Assembly (NCBI GenBank): GCA_965277715.1
Contig: OZ255836.1
Coordinates: forward strand, 2,048,001 to 2,112,000
Direction: 5' to 3'
Source: Gammaproteobacteria bacterium
GTDB taxonomy: Bacteria; Pseudomonadota; Gammaproteobacteria; JBCCGL01
Length of the DNA stretch: 64,000 bases
Each line of letters begins with the position of its first letter. Within the stretch, counting starts at the first letter, position 1. Below the pieces are notes generated by a model, which had not been told where the DNA came from, did no database searches, and was given only the letters and a program-made list of their open reading frames with translations. Position numbers and translations under genes: made by a program. Of this stretch, positions 1 to 10,419 are shown in pieces.

Positions 1-133
1 GCAAACGGCGCAGGCTGTTGCTCATCGCAGGCTGGCTCAAGCCCAGTTGATCGGCTGCCTTGGTTACATTCCGCTCGCGCAGCAACACATCGAGGTACTC
101 CAATAAATTTAAATCAACCTTAGTTTTATTCAT
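1..133 (-). CDS. LysR-family transcriptional regulator, N-terminal HTH (partial, runs off the window edge)
   Basis: Manual translation from ATG at 133: MNKTKVDLNLLEYLDVLLRERNVTKAADQLGLSQPAMSNSLRRL, a typical LysR HTH; divergent from aceA. Not in the ORF track. Confidence 0.9.
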   Translation of the reverse strand, partial: MNKTKVDLNLLEYLDVLLRERNVTKAADQLGLSQPAMSNSLRRL

Positions 134-143
134 CCTATGAATA
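127..143. promoter_or_regulatory. Putative LysR-type T-N11-A palindromic operator
   Basis: TATTCAT-CCT-ATGAATA, a perfect 7-bp inverted repeat overlapping the lysR start codon in the lysR/aceA divergent region. Confidence 0.5.
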
Positions 144-232
144 GTAGATATAACTTCCATTTATTTCAATTATAGAAAGCCGCCACATAGTATGGGCAAA
201 AAATTTATCCCGATAACTTATAGGCGCTTAGC

Positions 233-1828
233 ATGACCCAATACCAAAATGACATTAGTTCAGTGACCGCGACCTGCACCGCACAAGGCGATAGCTGGAA
301 CGCGATCAACCCCGAATCTGTTGCCCGTATGCGGGCACAAAACCGCTTCAAAACCGGGCTGAATATTGCTCAATACACCGCCGATATCATGCGTGCCGAT
401 ATGCAAGCCTACGACGCCGATTCATCACAGTACACACAATCACTCGGCTGCTGGCACGGTTTTATTGCCCAGCAAAAAATGATCGCGATAAAAAAACACC
501 AGAAGACCACCAAAAAATCGTATATCTATTTATCCGGTTGGATGATCGCTGCATTGCGGTCTGAGTTTGGCCCATTACCCGATCAGTCGATGCACGAAAA
601 AACCACCGTTCCAGAACTCATTGAGGAAATTTACACCTACCTGCGCCAGGCAGATGCCCGTGAACTGGGTGGTTTGTTCCGCCAACTGGACGCGGCACGT
701 GCCGCCGGTGACAGCGCCAAAGAAAGCGCTATCCAACACCAGATCGATAACCACGAAACGCATGTTGTACCTATTATCGCCGACATTGATGCCGGATTTG
801 GCAATGAAGAGGCAACGTATCTATTGGCCAAGAAGTTGATCGAAGCGGGCGCCTGTTGCCTGCAGATTGAGAACCAGGTTTCAGATGTTAAGCAGTGCGG
901 ACACCAGGATGGAAAAGTCACGGTGCCACACGAGGATTTCATTGCCAAGATCAACGCAATCCGCTATGCCTTTATGGAGCTTGGCATCGAAAACGGTATT
1001 ATCGTTGCACGTACAGATTCGCTGGGCGCAGGGTTGACCCAGAAGATTCCCGTATCCACCACTGAAGGTGATTTGGCGTCAAAATACAATGCATTTCTCG
1101 AAGCGACCCCGGTTGAATCACTCGATGACATCAACAACGGCGATATGGTCATCAAGCAAGGCGGCCAGCTAATGAAGCCGGTTCGTCTACCGAATGGTTT
1201 AGTCCGCTTTAAAGCGGGCAGTGGTGCCGATCGCTGTGTGCTCGATGGCATTACCGCACTGCGAAATGGTGCTGATATGTTATGGATCGAAACTGAAAAA
1301 CCCCACCTTGGGCAGATCGGCGGCATGATTAACCAGATTCGCGAAGTCATTCCGAATGCGAAGCTCCTGTATAACAACAGCCCATCGTTCAACTGGACAA
1401 TCAACTTCCGGCAACAGGTGTTCGATGCCTGGTCAGAAGCCGGTAAAGACGTTTCAGCTTACGACCGCGATGCGCTAATGGATGCGCGCTACGACGCAAC
1501 AGAACTGGCCACCGCAGCCGATGACCGGATTCGTTCATTTCAGGCTGATGCAGCGCGTGAAGCGGGTGTTTTCCACCACCTGATTACCCTGCCAACCTAT
1601 CACACGGCAGCGCTATCGACCGATACTCTGGCAAAAGATTACTTTGGCGATGAAGGGATGCTGGGCTACGTTAAAGAAGTACAGCGCCAGGAAATCCGCT
1701 TAGGTGTCGCCTGTGTCAAGCACCAGAATATGGCGGGTTCTGATATGGGTGATGATCACAAGGAGTACTTTTCAGGTGCACAGGCGCTGAAGGCATCCGG
1801 TAAAGACAATACGATGAATCAATTCTAA
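233..1828 (+). CDS. aceA: Isocitrate lyase (531-aa type)
   Basis: KQCGHQDGK catalytic loop, DIDAGFG, YLSGW, LWIETEKP and YNNSPSFNW motifs. Confidence 0.96.
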   Translation: MTQYQNDISSVTATCTAQGDSWNAINPESVARMRAQNRFKTGLNIAQYTADIMRADMQAYDADSSQYTQSLGCWHGFIAQQKMIAIKKHQKTTKKSYIYLSGWMIAALRSEFGPLPDQSMHEKTTVPELIEEIYTYLRQADARELGGLFRQLDAARAAGDSAKESAIQHQIDNHETHVVPIIADIDAGFGNEEATYLLAKKLIEAGACCLQIENQVSDVKQCGHQDGKVTVPHEDFIAKINAIRYAFMELGIENGIIVARTDSLGAGLTQKIPVSTTEGDLASKYNAFLEATPVESLDDINNGDMVIKQGGQLMKPVRLPNGLVRFKAGSGADRCVLDGITALRNGADMLWIETEKPHLGQIGGMINQIREVIPNAKLLYNNSPSFNWTINFRQQVFDAWSEAGKDVSAYDRDALMDARYDATELATAADDRIRSFQADAAREAGVFHHLITLPTYHTAALSTDTLAKDYFGDEGMLGYVKEVQRQEIRLGVACVKHQNMAGSDMGDDHKEYFSGAQALKASGKDNTMNQF

Positions 1829-1855
1829 TCGTCTTTTCTCTTTGTTGTTTTTGGT

Positions 1856-1884
1856 AGGGCGGAATTATTTTCCGCCCTTTTTTT
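1856..1884 (+). terminator. Rho-independent terminator after aceA
   Basis: AGGGCGGAA-ttatt-TTCCGCCCT hairpin followed by a T run. Confidence 0.85.
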
Positions 1885-1896
1885 GTGGGTGAAACG

Positions 1897-2481
1897 TTAG
1901 TGTGTGGCCCTGTCACCCCAAATATCCTTCAAACGCGCATCACGGCCACAGCTCCAACGATAAAACTTGTAACGCGCCGGGTTGTTTTTGTAATAGTCCT
2001 GATGATAGCTTTCATCACCACTAATTGGATAAAACGTCGATACCGGTAAAATCGGCGTCACCACTTTTTGATCGGGAAACATCGCGATCACCTTCTCTTT
2101 CGATGCCTCCGCCAACTCACGCTCCGCCTCATTGCCGACAAAAATTGCACTGAGATAGCTATGGCCTTTATCGCAAAACTGCCCACGGTTATCAAAGGGA
2201 TCAATATTCACCCAATAGTGATCGAGAATATCCTGATAGCTGAGCACACCGGGATCGTACGTCACCTCCACCGCCTCGTAGTGGCCACTGTGATCACCGT
2301 TATATTTGGGGTTTGGCAATGTACCGCCCGTAAACCCGGAAACAACATCACTCACGCCTTTAAGCGCTTCAAAATCCGACTCCATACACCAAAAACAGCC
2401 ACCGGCGAGTATCGCCTTATCGGCCAGCGCAATATTCGACAAGGTGAATGCCAGTACAACAGATAACATTATTTTTTTCAT
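1897..2481 (-). CDS. msrA: Peptide-methionine (S)-S-oxide reductase, exported
   Basis: AGGCFWCME motif, GHYEAV, ESYHQDYY; N-terminal signal peptide. Confidence 0.95.
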   Translation of the reverse strand: MKKIMLSVVLAFTLSNIALADKAILAGGCFWCMESDFEALKGVSDVVSGFTGGTLPNPKYNGDHSGHYEAVEVTYDPGVLSYQDILDHYWVNIDPFDNRGQFCDKGHSYLSAIFVGNEAERELAEASKEKVIAMFPDQKVVTPILPVSTFYPISGDESYHQDYYKNNPARYKFYRWSCGRDARLKDIWGDRATH

Positions 2482-2601
2482 ATGAATTCCAAAACGGTAT
2501 TAAAGCCTGCTAAGGGAATATTTCCTGCGGGATTAAAAGACAAGAGAGGCCCGTGCTTATTAAAATATTCGGGTTAGAGCACCAATTTCAAACCAGACTC
2601 T

Positions 2602-3534
2602 TTACTCTTCACCCGCCGCCAACAAAACCCCCACATGCGCACTGGCACTGCGCCCCAGCGCCGACAACGCATATCCACCCTCCAGTGTGGAGACAATCCG
2701 CCCGCCAGAAAATTCCTCTGCAACAGCACACAATTCACGGCTCACCCAGGCGTAATCATCATCTTCCAGCATCAACCCGGCCAGACCATCTTCGCGGTGC
2801 GCATCAAAGCCTGCTGAGATAAACAGGATTTCCGGGCGAAAAGCGCGCAACGCCGGCAACCAGTGATCGACAACCGCCTGACGAAATACAGCGCTATCGC
2901 TCCCCGCTGCCAATGGCACATTGACACGCTGCCCGGCTACCGACGGCAAATAACCACCGGGGTAGTACGGGTGTTGAAAGGTAGAGCAAAACAGAACCTT
3001 TTCATTATTCTGGAGAATTTGTTCAGTGCCATTGCCATGATGGACATCAAAATCGACAATCGCCACGCGCTCCAGCGCATAGGTCTCAATCGCATGTAAA
3101 GCGGCAATCGCGATATTATTAAACAGACAAAAACCCATCGAGCGATCATGTTCGGCGTGGTGACCCGGTGGGCGCACGTTGCAAAACGCATTATTGACCT
3201 CGCCCCGCATTACGCTGTCAGTCGCCTCTACCACTGCACCCGCAGCGCGTTTGGCAGCTTCCAGTGTGTGCGGGTTCATCGCCGTATCCGGGTCAATACT
3301 GACCAGCCCTTCGTCAGGCGCCATATCGATAACACGGTCAATATGCTCACGCTGATGGGCAAGCCCTAGCGATGCCGTAGACGCTTCAGGTGCTTCGATG
3401 TGTAGCAGTTGATCAAACAGGCCCGTTTTCTGCAAAGCCGCTTCGACAGCGGCGATGCGCTGCGGTGATTCAGGGTGCCCACTGCTCATCTGGTGTAAGC
3501 CACACACAGGGTGGGTTATATAAGCTGTCGTCAT
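2602..3534 (-). CDS. Histone deacetylase-family amidohydrolase
   Basis: HPESPQR, RPPGHHA, GFCLFNN, DFDVHHGNGT, SAGFDAH and LEGGY motifs. Confidence 0.93.
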   Translation of the reverse strand: MTTAYITHPVCGLHQMSSGHPESPQRIAAVEAALQKTGLFDQLLHIEAPEASTASLGLAHQREHIDRVIDMAPDEGLVSIDPDTAMNPHTLEAAKRAAGAVVEATDSVMRGEVNNAFCNVRPPGHHAEHDRSMGFCLFNNIAIAALHAIETYALERVAIVDFDVHHGNGTEQILQNNEKVLFCSTFQHPYYPGGYLPSVAGQRVNVPLAAGSDSAVFRQAVVDHWLPALRAFRPEILFISAGFDAHREDGLAGLMLEDDDYAWVSRELCAVAEEFSGGRIVSTLEGGYALSALGRSASAHVGVLLAAGEE

Positions 3535-3553
3535 AGGGAAGTTACTCTTTAGA

Positions 3554-4216
3554 TTACTTGCGGGTGAGCATAAACACCTGCTCGGTCAGTGTATCCAGGC
3601 CACGTTCGCTTAGATTACCGACAATATCCGGCCCATTGGATTCAGCCAGCTTGACAACATCAAAGTGGCCGACGAAGAGTGTATTCACCTCACTTTCAGG
3701 AATAGAAAACGGCGGCCCGTTCATTTTGTGCTCGTCGTAAACCATGGTAATCAACAACATCTTACAACCGCTTTTGACTATATCGGCCAAGTGCTGCGCG
3801 TAGCGAATACGCAGTGGTGTCGGCAGTGCGACCAGAGAAGCACGATCAAAAATACCGGCGACACCTTCTAGGTCACGTGCTGTCAGTGCAAAAAAATCGC
3901 CGCATAGTAACACTGTGCGTTCGCTACTGTAACGCGTGAAGGTTGTTTGTTGAACAATATCAGGGGTTATGCCCTGCCCGTTAAAAAAGCCCTGCACGGC
4001 AATATCACTCAGTTCAATACCCAGCACGGCGTGCCGCTCTGCCAGCCAGCACATATCGAGGCTCTTGCCACACAAAGGCACAAATACCTGATCACCAGCC
4101 GGAATGGCCAGCTTTGGCCAAAAGTTTTTGAGGCGCGAATTAATTTTTTCCTGGTGAAACCCGATCTGGTTTTTCGCCCATTTAGCGTGCCAGAATTGAT
4201 CATCTACAATTTTCAA
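3554..4216 (-). CDS. tpm: Thiopurine S-methyltransferase
   Basis: FWHAKW..QIGFH, VFVPLCGKSLDM, FDRASLVAL, GPPF motifs. Confidence 0.92.
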   Translation of the reverse strand: MKIVDDQFWHAKWAKNQIGFHQEKINSRLKNFWPKLAIPAGDQVFVPLCGKSLDMCWLAERHAVLGIELSDIAVQGFFNGQGITPDIVQQTTFTRYSSERTVLLCGDFFALTARDLEGVAGIFDRASLVALPTPLRIRYAQHLADIVKSGCKMLLITMVYDEHKMNGPPFSIPESEVNTLFVGHFDVVKLAESNGPDIVGNLSERGLDTLTEQVFMLTRK

Positions 4217-4481
4217 TGCCTTACCTACCGCTAAAAAGTGTCAAAAAACGACTGCACTCGCAACGTTTCCCAACCCCTTGTTATCAACTAAACCTAAAAT
4301 TCACCCTTCATCTTTTTAAAACCCACCACCTATCCTTGAAAAGAGTAATCTAGGATAATACCAAAACTAATGGCTTGGCCAACCCAATTTCCGGGTAAAA
4401 TTGACCTGGAAAACGCAGTTCAGCGCTTCCCGGGATAAAAGCCATTCAGGCTACCAACAACATAGATTAAGGCAACCACCG

Positions 4482-5735
4482 ATGGCTTTGTACCTAAAAC
4501 TGCTCGAAAATAATTTTAAACAGGGCATTCTCCACCTCACCCTACCCGATGGCAAAACGCATACCTTTGGCAATAGCGGACCAGAGGCCCACTGGGTATT
4601 TAACGATATGAAGGCCTTGATGCGTGTGGCGCGCGACTGGGAATTTGAGCTGGGAGAGACGTATATGCAGCAGGGCTGGGATCTACGCGATTGCAGCCTG
4701 TACGACTTGGTCAGCGTACTGCGTCTGAATTTTTCTGAGTACGCCCCGAGCAAATGGCTACAGCCCTTTGTACGCGTGTTGCAGCAGTGGAACAAGGTGT
4801 CGCGCAGCTACAGCAATGTGGCCCACCACTACGACCTCGACGAGGCATTTTTTAACCTGTTTCTGGACGATGAGATGCATTACTCCTGCGCCTATTACCC
4901 GGATGACAGCTATGATATTCACAGCGCACAACAGGCCAAGTGCGAGCATATCGCCAGGAAACTAATGCTCAAACCGGGGATGGAAGTGTTAGATATTGGC
5001 TGCGGCTGGGGTAGCCTGGCGCTTCATCTGGCCGAGCATCACGGCGCCAAAGTCGTCGGTATTACCCTGTCAAAATCACAGCTTGAAGTAGCCAATCGTC
5101 GCGCCAAACAGCGCGGGCTGGAAAAGCAGGTGCGCTTTGAATTGTGCGATTACCGCGAACACACACAACAATACGATCGCATTGTCAGCGTCGGCATGTT
5201 CGAGCACGTTGGCACGCCTTTTTACACAACCTATTTTAATTGCATCAATCACTGCTTGCGCGACGACGGTGCAGCGCTGGTGCATACAGTAGGCCGCAGT
5301 GGCCCCCCCGGTGTTACCAACGCGTGGATACTCAAATACATCTTCCCCGGTGGCAGCATGCCCGCACTCTCCGAGGTCGCCACCAGCATTGAAAAATCGA
5401 CATTAAAACTGACCGATGTCGAAGTATTGCGCATTCACTACGCCAACACATTGCGCGACTGGAACAGCCGTTTTCAGGTGCACCGTGACAGCGTGCGCGA
5501 ACAGCGCGGTGAAGACTTTTGTCGCATGTGGGAATTTTATATGACCACCTGCGAGGTCGCTTTTCGACACTCAGATCTAGTGGTATTTCAACTGCAAATA
5601 ACCAAACAACACGGTGTAGTGCCAATCACACGCGACTACCTGCACCCGAATCCACTGCTGGAGAAAATGCCCTGCAACAACCAGTCGATACCTGTTGCAC
5701 AGCCCGAAGCAGAACCGGGGGCCATCGCCTCCTGA
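4482..5735 (+). CDS. cfa: Cyclopropane-fatty-acyl-phospholipid synthase family SAM methyltransferase
   Basis: AHHYDL, YSCAY, VLDIGCGWG, VSVGMFEHVG, YIFPGG, RMWEFY; ATG at 4482 preferred over the TTG at 4401. Confidence 0.9.
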   Translation: MALYLKLLENNFKQGILHLTLPDGKTHTFGNSGPEAHWVFNDMKALMRVARDWEFELGETYMQQGWDLRDCSLYDLVSVLRLNFSEYAPSKWLQPFVRVLQQWNKVSRSYSNVAHHYDLDEAFFNLFLDDEMHYSCAYYPDDSYDIHSAQQAKCEHIARKLMLKPGMEVLDIGCGWGSLALHLAEHHGAKVVGITLSKSQLEVANRRAKQRGLEKQVRFELCDYREHTQQYDRIVSVGMFEHVGTPFYTTYFNCINHCLRDDGAALVHTVGRSGPPGVTNAWILKYIFPGGSMPALSEVATSIEKSTLKLTDVEVLRIHYANTLRDWNSRFQVHRDSVREQRGEDFCRMWEFYMTTCEVAFRHSDLVVFQLQITKQHGVVPITRDYLHPNPLLEKMPCNNQSIPVAQPEAEPGAIAS

Positions 5736-5869
5736 AAGACTATAAAGGAAACCAAACCGATAAATAGGAACGTGCACGAAATAACTTCCGGGGGTTTGCA
5801 CACGACCCCTAAGCAATCTGCACAGCGACAGAAACCGAAAACACAAATAAATAAACAATCTCGCCAGAT

Positions 5870-7738
5870 TCAAAAAATCAAATTCAACATGGTTAAACTC
5901 ACCAGCAAAAATAATATCGTCATCCCACTACCCGCACGCATAAAATCTTTCACTCGATAACCCGCCGGTCCCATAACCAAGGCATTAACCTGATGCGTGG
6001 GAATCAAAAACGAATTCGACGTAGCAATCGCCACAGTCAAGGCAAACACCGCCGGATTAGCGCCAACACCGAGGGCAATATTCACAGCCAACGGCACCAG
6101 CAACACCGTAGCCCCGACATTCGACATAACCAATGTAAAAAATGTCGCCAGCACCGCAACCGCCGTTTGCAATACCCACACGGGCACATCACCCAGCAAC
6201 CGCAGAGTATGCTGCGCAATCCAGGCAGCCGTCCCACTGGTCTCAACCACCATACCCAGCGGAATCAAACTGGCCAGCAAAAAAACTGTTTTCCAGCTCA
6301 CCGCCTCATAAGCTTCATCGATACTCAATACACCGGACACAATCATACCCACAGCACCAACCAGCAAGGAGATTGAAAGGCGCAAGTCGGAAAATAAAAT
6401 CAACCCCAAGGCGATAACAAAAAATAACAGAGCAAAGGGTTCTTTGGCCGGGCGCAATTCTTCGTGAGGGTATTCAGTGGTAACAATCACAAAATTACGA
6501 TTGGTTTTCAGCCGCGCCAGGTTACTCCATTCGGTGTGTACCACCAATGTATCGCCAGACTGGAAGGGTAGATCACGCACTCCCTCGCCTTCGCGGATGG
6601 TGTCTTCGCCACGGCGGATAGCCAAACAGGAAATACCATAGGTTTTACGCATCCACACATCGCGGGCCGACTTGCCGACCAAATCTGAACTGGGAGGAAT
6701 AACAATTTCAGCAATACCGGCCTTGGTCGGCACGAGCACATCAGAAAAAATCTCCAGATCACTGCTGACACTCAGGTTATTGTGTTTTTCAAAAATATCG
6801 ACCGCATCGGGGCCGCCAATGATCGCCAGTGCATCACCGGCCTGGATGCCCACATCACGCGCCAGCGTACCCGCACCAATACGAAACGTATCACCTGCGC
6901 GCAAACCGACCACGCGAACCTTCTGCGGCCCTTCAACCTCATCGAGCATTGCACCAATCAATGGACTGCCTACCGGTACGCGCACCTCGTGCAGGGCATA
7001 GCCGATGCCATAGGTCTTTTGAAAGTAATCGGTGGTATCGCTCACTTCTATCTCTTCTGAGCGCTCAGTGGGCAGTACATAACGCCCCATGTAAACAAAA
7101 TACAAGATACCGGTGATGATCAGTGCCACGCCAATCGGTGTTACAGAAAACAGTGAAAACGTCGCCATTTGCTGACTGGCAGGCAGGGTTTCATTGGTGG
7201 TCAGCAATAAATCATTGAGCAGGATCAATGGGCTGGAACCCACCATCGTCATGGTGCCACCAAGAATGGCGCAAAACCCCATTGGCATCAGCAAACGTGA
7301 GATGGAGATTCCCGTGCGCGCCGAAATACGGCTGACCACGGGCAGAAAGAGCGCGGCGGCACCCACATTTTGCATAAAGCTGGAAACAACCCCAACGGTG
7401 CCGGAAATCAATGGAACGATGCGCTGCTCGGTCAGGCCGCCGTATTTCAGCAATACGCTGGCCACATCACTCATAATGCCTGCCTTGTCCAGCCCTGCAC
7501 CGATCACCATCACCGCCATAATGGAAATAACCGCGTTGCTGGAGAACCCTTTGAATAAGTCCTGCGGGTCGACGATTTCCTCAAGCCCAGGCACCAGTGA
7601 TGTCAGCCCCAGCAACACCATCACAATAATGGCGGCAACATCGACACGCACCACTTCAAACACAAACAGGTAGACGGTCAGTGCCAAAAAGCCCAATACC
7701 ACCATCATTTCGGTGGTCAATACCAATGTTTCGTTCAT
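5870..7738 (-). CDS. SLC13/DASS-family permease with TrkA-C domains
   Basis: Two hydrophobic halves, SSFMQNVGA, MSNVGA, PTHQVNALVMGPAGY; central soluble domains. Confidence 0.88.
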   Translation of the reverse strand: MNETLVLTTEMMVVLGFLALTVYLFVFEVVRVDVAAIIVMVLLGLTSLVPGLEEIVDPQDLFKGFSSNAVISIMAVMVIGAGLDKAGIMSDVASVLLKYGGLTEQRIVPLISGTVGVVSSFMQNVGAAALFLPVVSRISARTGISISRLLMPMGFCAILGGTMTMVGSSPLILLNDLLLTTNETLPASQQMATFSLFSVTPIGVALIITGILYFVYMGRYVLPTERSEEIEVSDTTDYFQKTYGIGYALHEVRVPVGSPLIGAMLDEVEGPQKVRVVGLRAGDTFRIGAGTLARDVGIQAGDALAIIGGPDAVDIFEKHNNLSVSSDLEIFSDVLVPTKAGIAEIVIPPSSDLVGKSARDVWMRKTYGISCLAIRRGEDTIREGEGVRDLPFQSGDTLVVHTEWSNLARLKTNRNFVIVTTEYPHEELRPAKEPFALLFFVIALGLILFSDLRLSISLLVGAVGMIVSGVLSIDEAYEAVSWKTVFLLASLIPLGMVVETSGTAAWIAQHTLRLLGDVPVWVLQTAVAVLATFFTLVMSNVGATVLLVPLAVNIALGVGANPAVFALTVAIATSNSFLIPTHQVNALVMGPAGYRVKDFMRAGSGMTILFLLVSLTMLNLIF

Positions 7739-7784
7739 TATGTGCCTGTGTACCCCGAATATTTAACGCATTTGGTTCGGCAAC

Positions 7785-8489
7785 CTAAGACCGTCGTCGA
7801 TAAAGCAGATCCCACACTCCGTGACCCAAGGCTCTGCCACGCCTTTCAAAACGCGTCTCAATACGGTAATCCGGCATCGGTGAGTAATGCACCTCACCGC
7901 CCAGATTAACCAACTGCGGGTGGGCATTGAGTACTTCAAGCATATGCTCGGCGTAATCCTGCCAGTCGGTGGCGGCGTGAAACACTCCCCCTGGTATCAA
8001 TTTATCTGCCAACAGTGCGGCAAATTCAGCATTGACGATGCGGCGTTTATGGTGGCGTTTTTTGTGCCAGGGATCAGGAAATAATAATAATATCCGTTCA
8101 ATCGTGTTATCAGCGACCTGGTCGGTTAAAAACTGAACGGCATCATCCATGATAACCCGTATATTGGTGAGCGCATTAGCCCGCATATGGTGTAGCAACC
8201 GCCCCACACCAGGGCGGTGCACTTCTGCGCCAATAAAATTTATTGCAGGCATCAGTGTCGCCAGGCGCAGCAGCATATCGCCATTGCCAAAACCAATTTC
8301 CAACCAAATCGGCGCCGGGCGGGCAAAACCGTTTGTCTCACCTGCGGCAATCGATTGCTGGCTATCGACACTGTATTGAGGCAAAAGTGATACCAGCGCG
8401 GCACTCTGCGTATCGGTCATTCGGCCTTTACGCAATACAAAGCTGCGAATCGGGCGCGCCGTTTCGCCCGGTTGTGATGGGGTATTCAG
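7785..8489 (-). CDS. trmB: tRNA (guanine-N7)-methyltransferase
   Basis: LEIGFGNG, EVHRPG, FPDPWHKKRHHKRR, ATDW, TRFERRG; the conserved IRSFV precedes the track start at 8435, so the start is placed at a CTG at 8489 (uncertain). Confidence 0.93.
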   Translation of the reverse strand: MNTPSQPGETARPIRSFVLRKGRMTDTQSAALVSLLPQYSVDSQQSIAAGETNGFARPAPIWLEIGFGNGDMLLRLATLMPAINFIGAEVHRPGVGRLLHHMRANALTNIRVIMDDAVQFLTDQVADNTIERILLLFPDPWHKKRHHKRRIVNAEFAALLADKLIPGGVFHAATDWQDYAEHMLEVLNAHPQLVNLGGEVHYSPMPDYRIETRFERRGRALGHGVWDLLYRRRS

Positions 8490-8502
8490 TGTACTTTCCG
8501 AT

Positions 8503-10125
8503 TTAATTTACGATCTTAGTTTGCTCGCGCAACACAAATTTCTGAATTTTTCCGGTCGATGTTTTCGGCAGAGGACCAAACACAACGGTTTTGGGTATTT
8601 TGAAGCGCGCCATATTATTGCGACAGAAGGCAATGATCTCATCGGCGCTGCACACTTCGCCGTCACGCAGGGTGACAAATGCACAGGGTACTTCGCCCCA
8701 CTTTTCATCCGCTTTGGCGACCACCGCTGCCTCAAGTATCCGGGGGTGCCGATAAAGGGTCTCCTCGACTTCCAGCGTGGAGATGTTTTCACCACCGGAG
8801 ATGATAATGTCTTTGGCTCGGTCTTTCACCTCGATATAACCATCGGCGTGTTGCACGGCGAGGTCACCACTGTGAAACCAGCCACCGGAAAACGCCGCTT
8901 CGCTGGCGGTGGGGTTTTTCAAATACCCTTTCATGACGGTGTTACCACGGATCATCAGTTCACCGATGGTTTTTCCGTCACGCGGCACATCGTCCAGCGT
9001 TTCGGCGTGTTTTACTGAGGCGTCCTCCAGTGTCAGGTAGTGAATGCCCTGCCGGGCCATACGCGCCGAGCGCTGTTGCAACGCAAGGCCTTCCCAGTCG
9101 TCCTGGGGCAGGCAGAATGTCGCCGGGCCGTAGGTTTCGGTCAAGCCGTAGGCGTGAACCACCTGAAACCCCAGGGCTTCCATCGCCTCGATCACCGCCG
9201 ATGGTGGTGCGGCGCCACCTGTCATAATCCCGACGGGTGATGACGGGCGGATTTTCACTTCATCCGGTGCATTGGCCAGCATGTTCAATACAATGGGGGC
9301 GCCACACATATGCGTCACCTGGTTGTCACGTATCGAGGCGAAGATTAACGCCGGGTCGACTTTGCGCAAACACACATGAGTCGCCATTGCCGCTGTGACG
9401 CCCCAGGTAAATGTCCAGCCATCACAGTGAAACATGGGCAGCGTCCATAAGTAGGCCGCGTGTTTATTCAGCCCCATGGTGACCAAATTACCCATGGCAT
9501 TCAGGTAGGCACCACGGTGGTGGTAAACACAGCCCTTGGGGTTGCCGGTGGTACCGGAGGTATACAGCAGTGACAGCGCCTGCCACTCGTCGTCCAGCGG
9601 CGGTGGGGAAAAGTGTTCATCACCCTCTGCCAACAGGGCCTCGTAATCGGTCTCACCCAGCAACTCACCGCCGTCAGCAAGTGGGTCATTGATATCGATC
9701 ACCGTGATTTTACGGTTCACTAATGCCAGCGCCTGCCTAATGGTGGGTGAAAATTCCCGGTCAGTCAGCAGCACGTTGGATTCGGCGTGATCGAGTATAA
9801 ACGCGATGGTTTTGGCATCGAGGCGGGTGTTCAGGGAATTCAGCACCGCCCCAATCATCGGCACACCATTATGTGCCTCTAACATTTCGGGGGTGTTGGC
9901 ACCCATAATCGACACACAGTCCCCCACGGCCACACCGCGTTGCTGCAAAGCCGAGCCGAGCTGACAACTGCGCGCCCAAAATTGCCGATAGCTATAGCGG
10001 CGATCAGCGTGAATAATCGCGGTGTGATCCGGCACAACCGCCGCTGCGCGACGCAGAAAACTCACTGGTGACAACGCGACAAAATTCGCCGCGTTTTTTT
10101 CAAGCTGATGGGAAAAAACTGACAT
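8503..10125 (-). CDS. AMP-forming acyl-CoA synthetase
   Basis: YTSGTTGNPKG, YGLTETYGP, GWFHSGD, DRAKDIIISGGENIS, LPKTSTGKIQK. Confidence 0.93.
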   Translation of the reverse strand: MSVFSHQLEKNAANFVALSPVSFLRRAAAVVPDHTAIIHADRRYSYRQFWARSCQLGSALQQRGVAVGDCVSIMGANTPEMLEAHNGVPMIGAVLNSLNTRLDAKTIAFILDHAESNVLLTDREFSPTIRQALALVNRKITVIDINDPLADGGELLGETDYEALLAEGDEHFSPPPLDDEWQALSLLYTSGTTGNPKGCVYHHRGAYLNAMGNLVTMGLNKHAAYLWTLPMFHCDGWTFTWGVTAAMATHVCLRKVDPALIFASIRDNQVTHMCGAPIVLNMLANAPDEVKIRPSSPVGIMTGGAAPPSAVIEAMEALGFQVVHAYGLTETYGPATFCLPQDDWEGLALQQRSARMARQGIHYLTLEDASVKHAETLDDVPRDGKTIGELMIRGNTVMKGYLKNPTASEAAFSGGWFHSGDLAVQHADGYIEVKDRAKDIIISGGENISTLEVEETLYRHPRILEAAVVAKADEKWGEVPCAFVTLRDGEVCSADEIIAFCRNNMARFKIPKTVVFGPLPKTSTGKIQKFVLREQTKIVN

Positions 10126-10419
10126 GAATCACTCCAAGTATTTTTATACACCGAGGCTATACCAACGCATCGGTGCCGATATGCGTAAAGAGGGTAGCTT
10201 AACGCTATTGTTCCCGATGATACGTCTCGATAATACGGCGCTCTGTGGCGTTTTAAGACACCCTCTAAGCGGCGTATTATTGCGCTAAACGCAAACAATT
10301 TCATCAACGCAACTTCTGACCGGAACATTGTTATTTTTTGTTAGTCAACGGTATGCAGACACGTTACCATTACCTGCGTATTTTCCTATCAACTCACACA
10401 ATCCAAGGCATCACACTCT

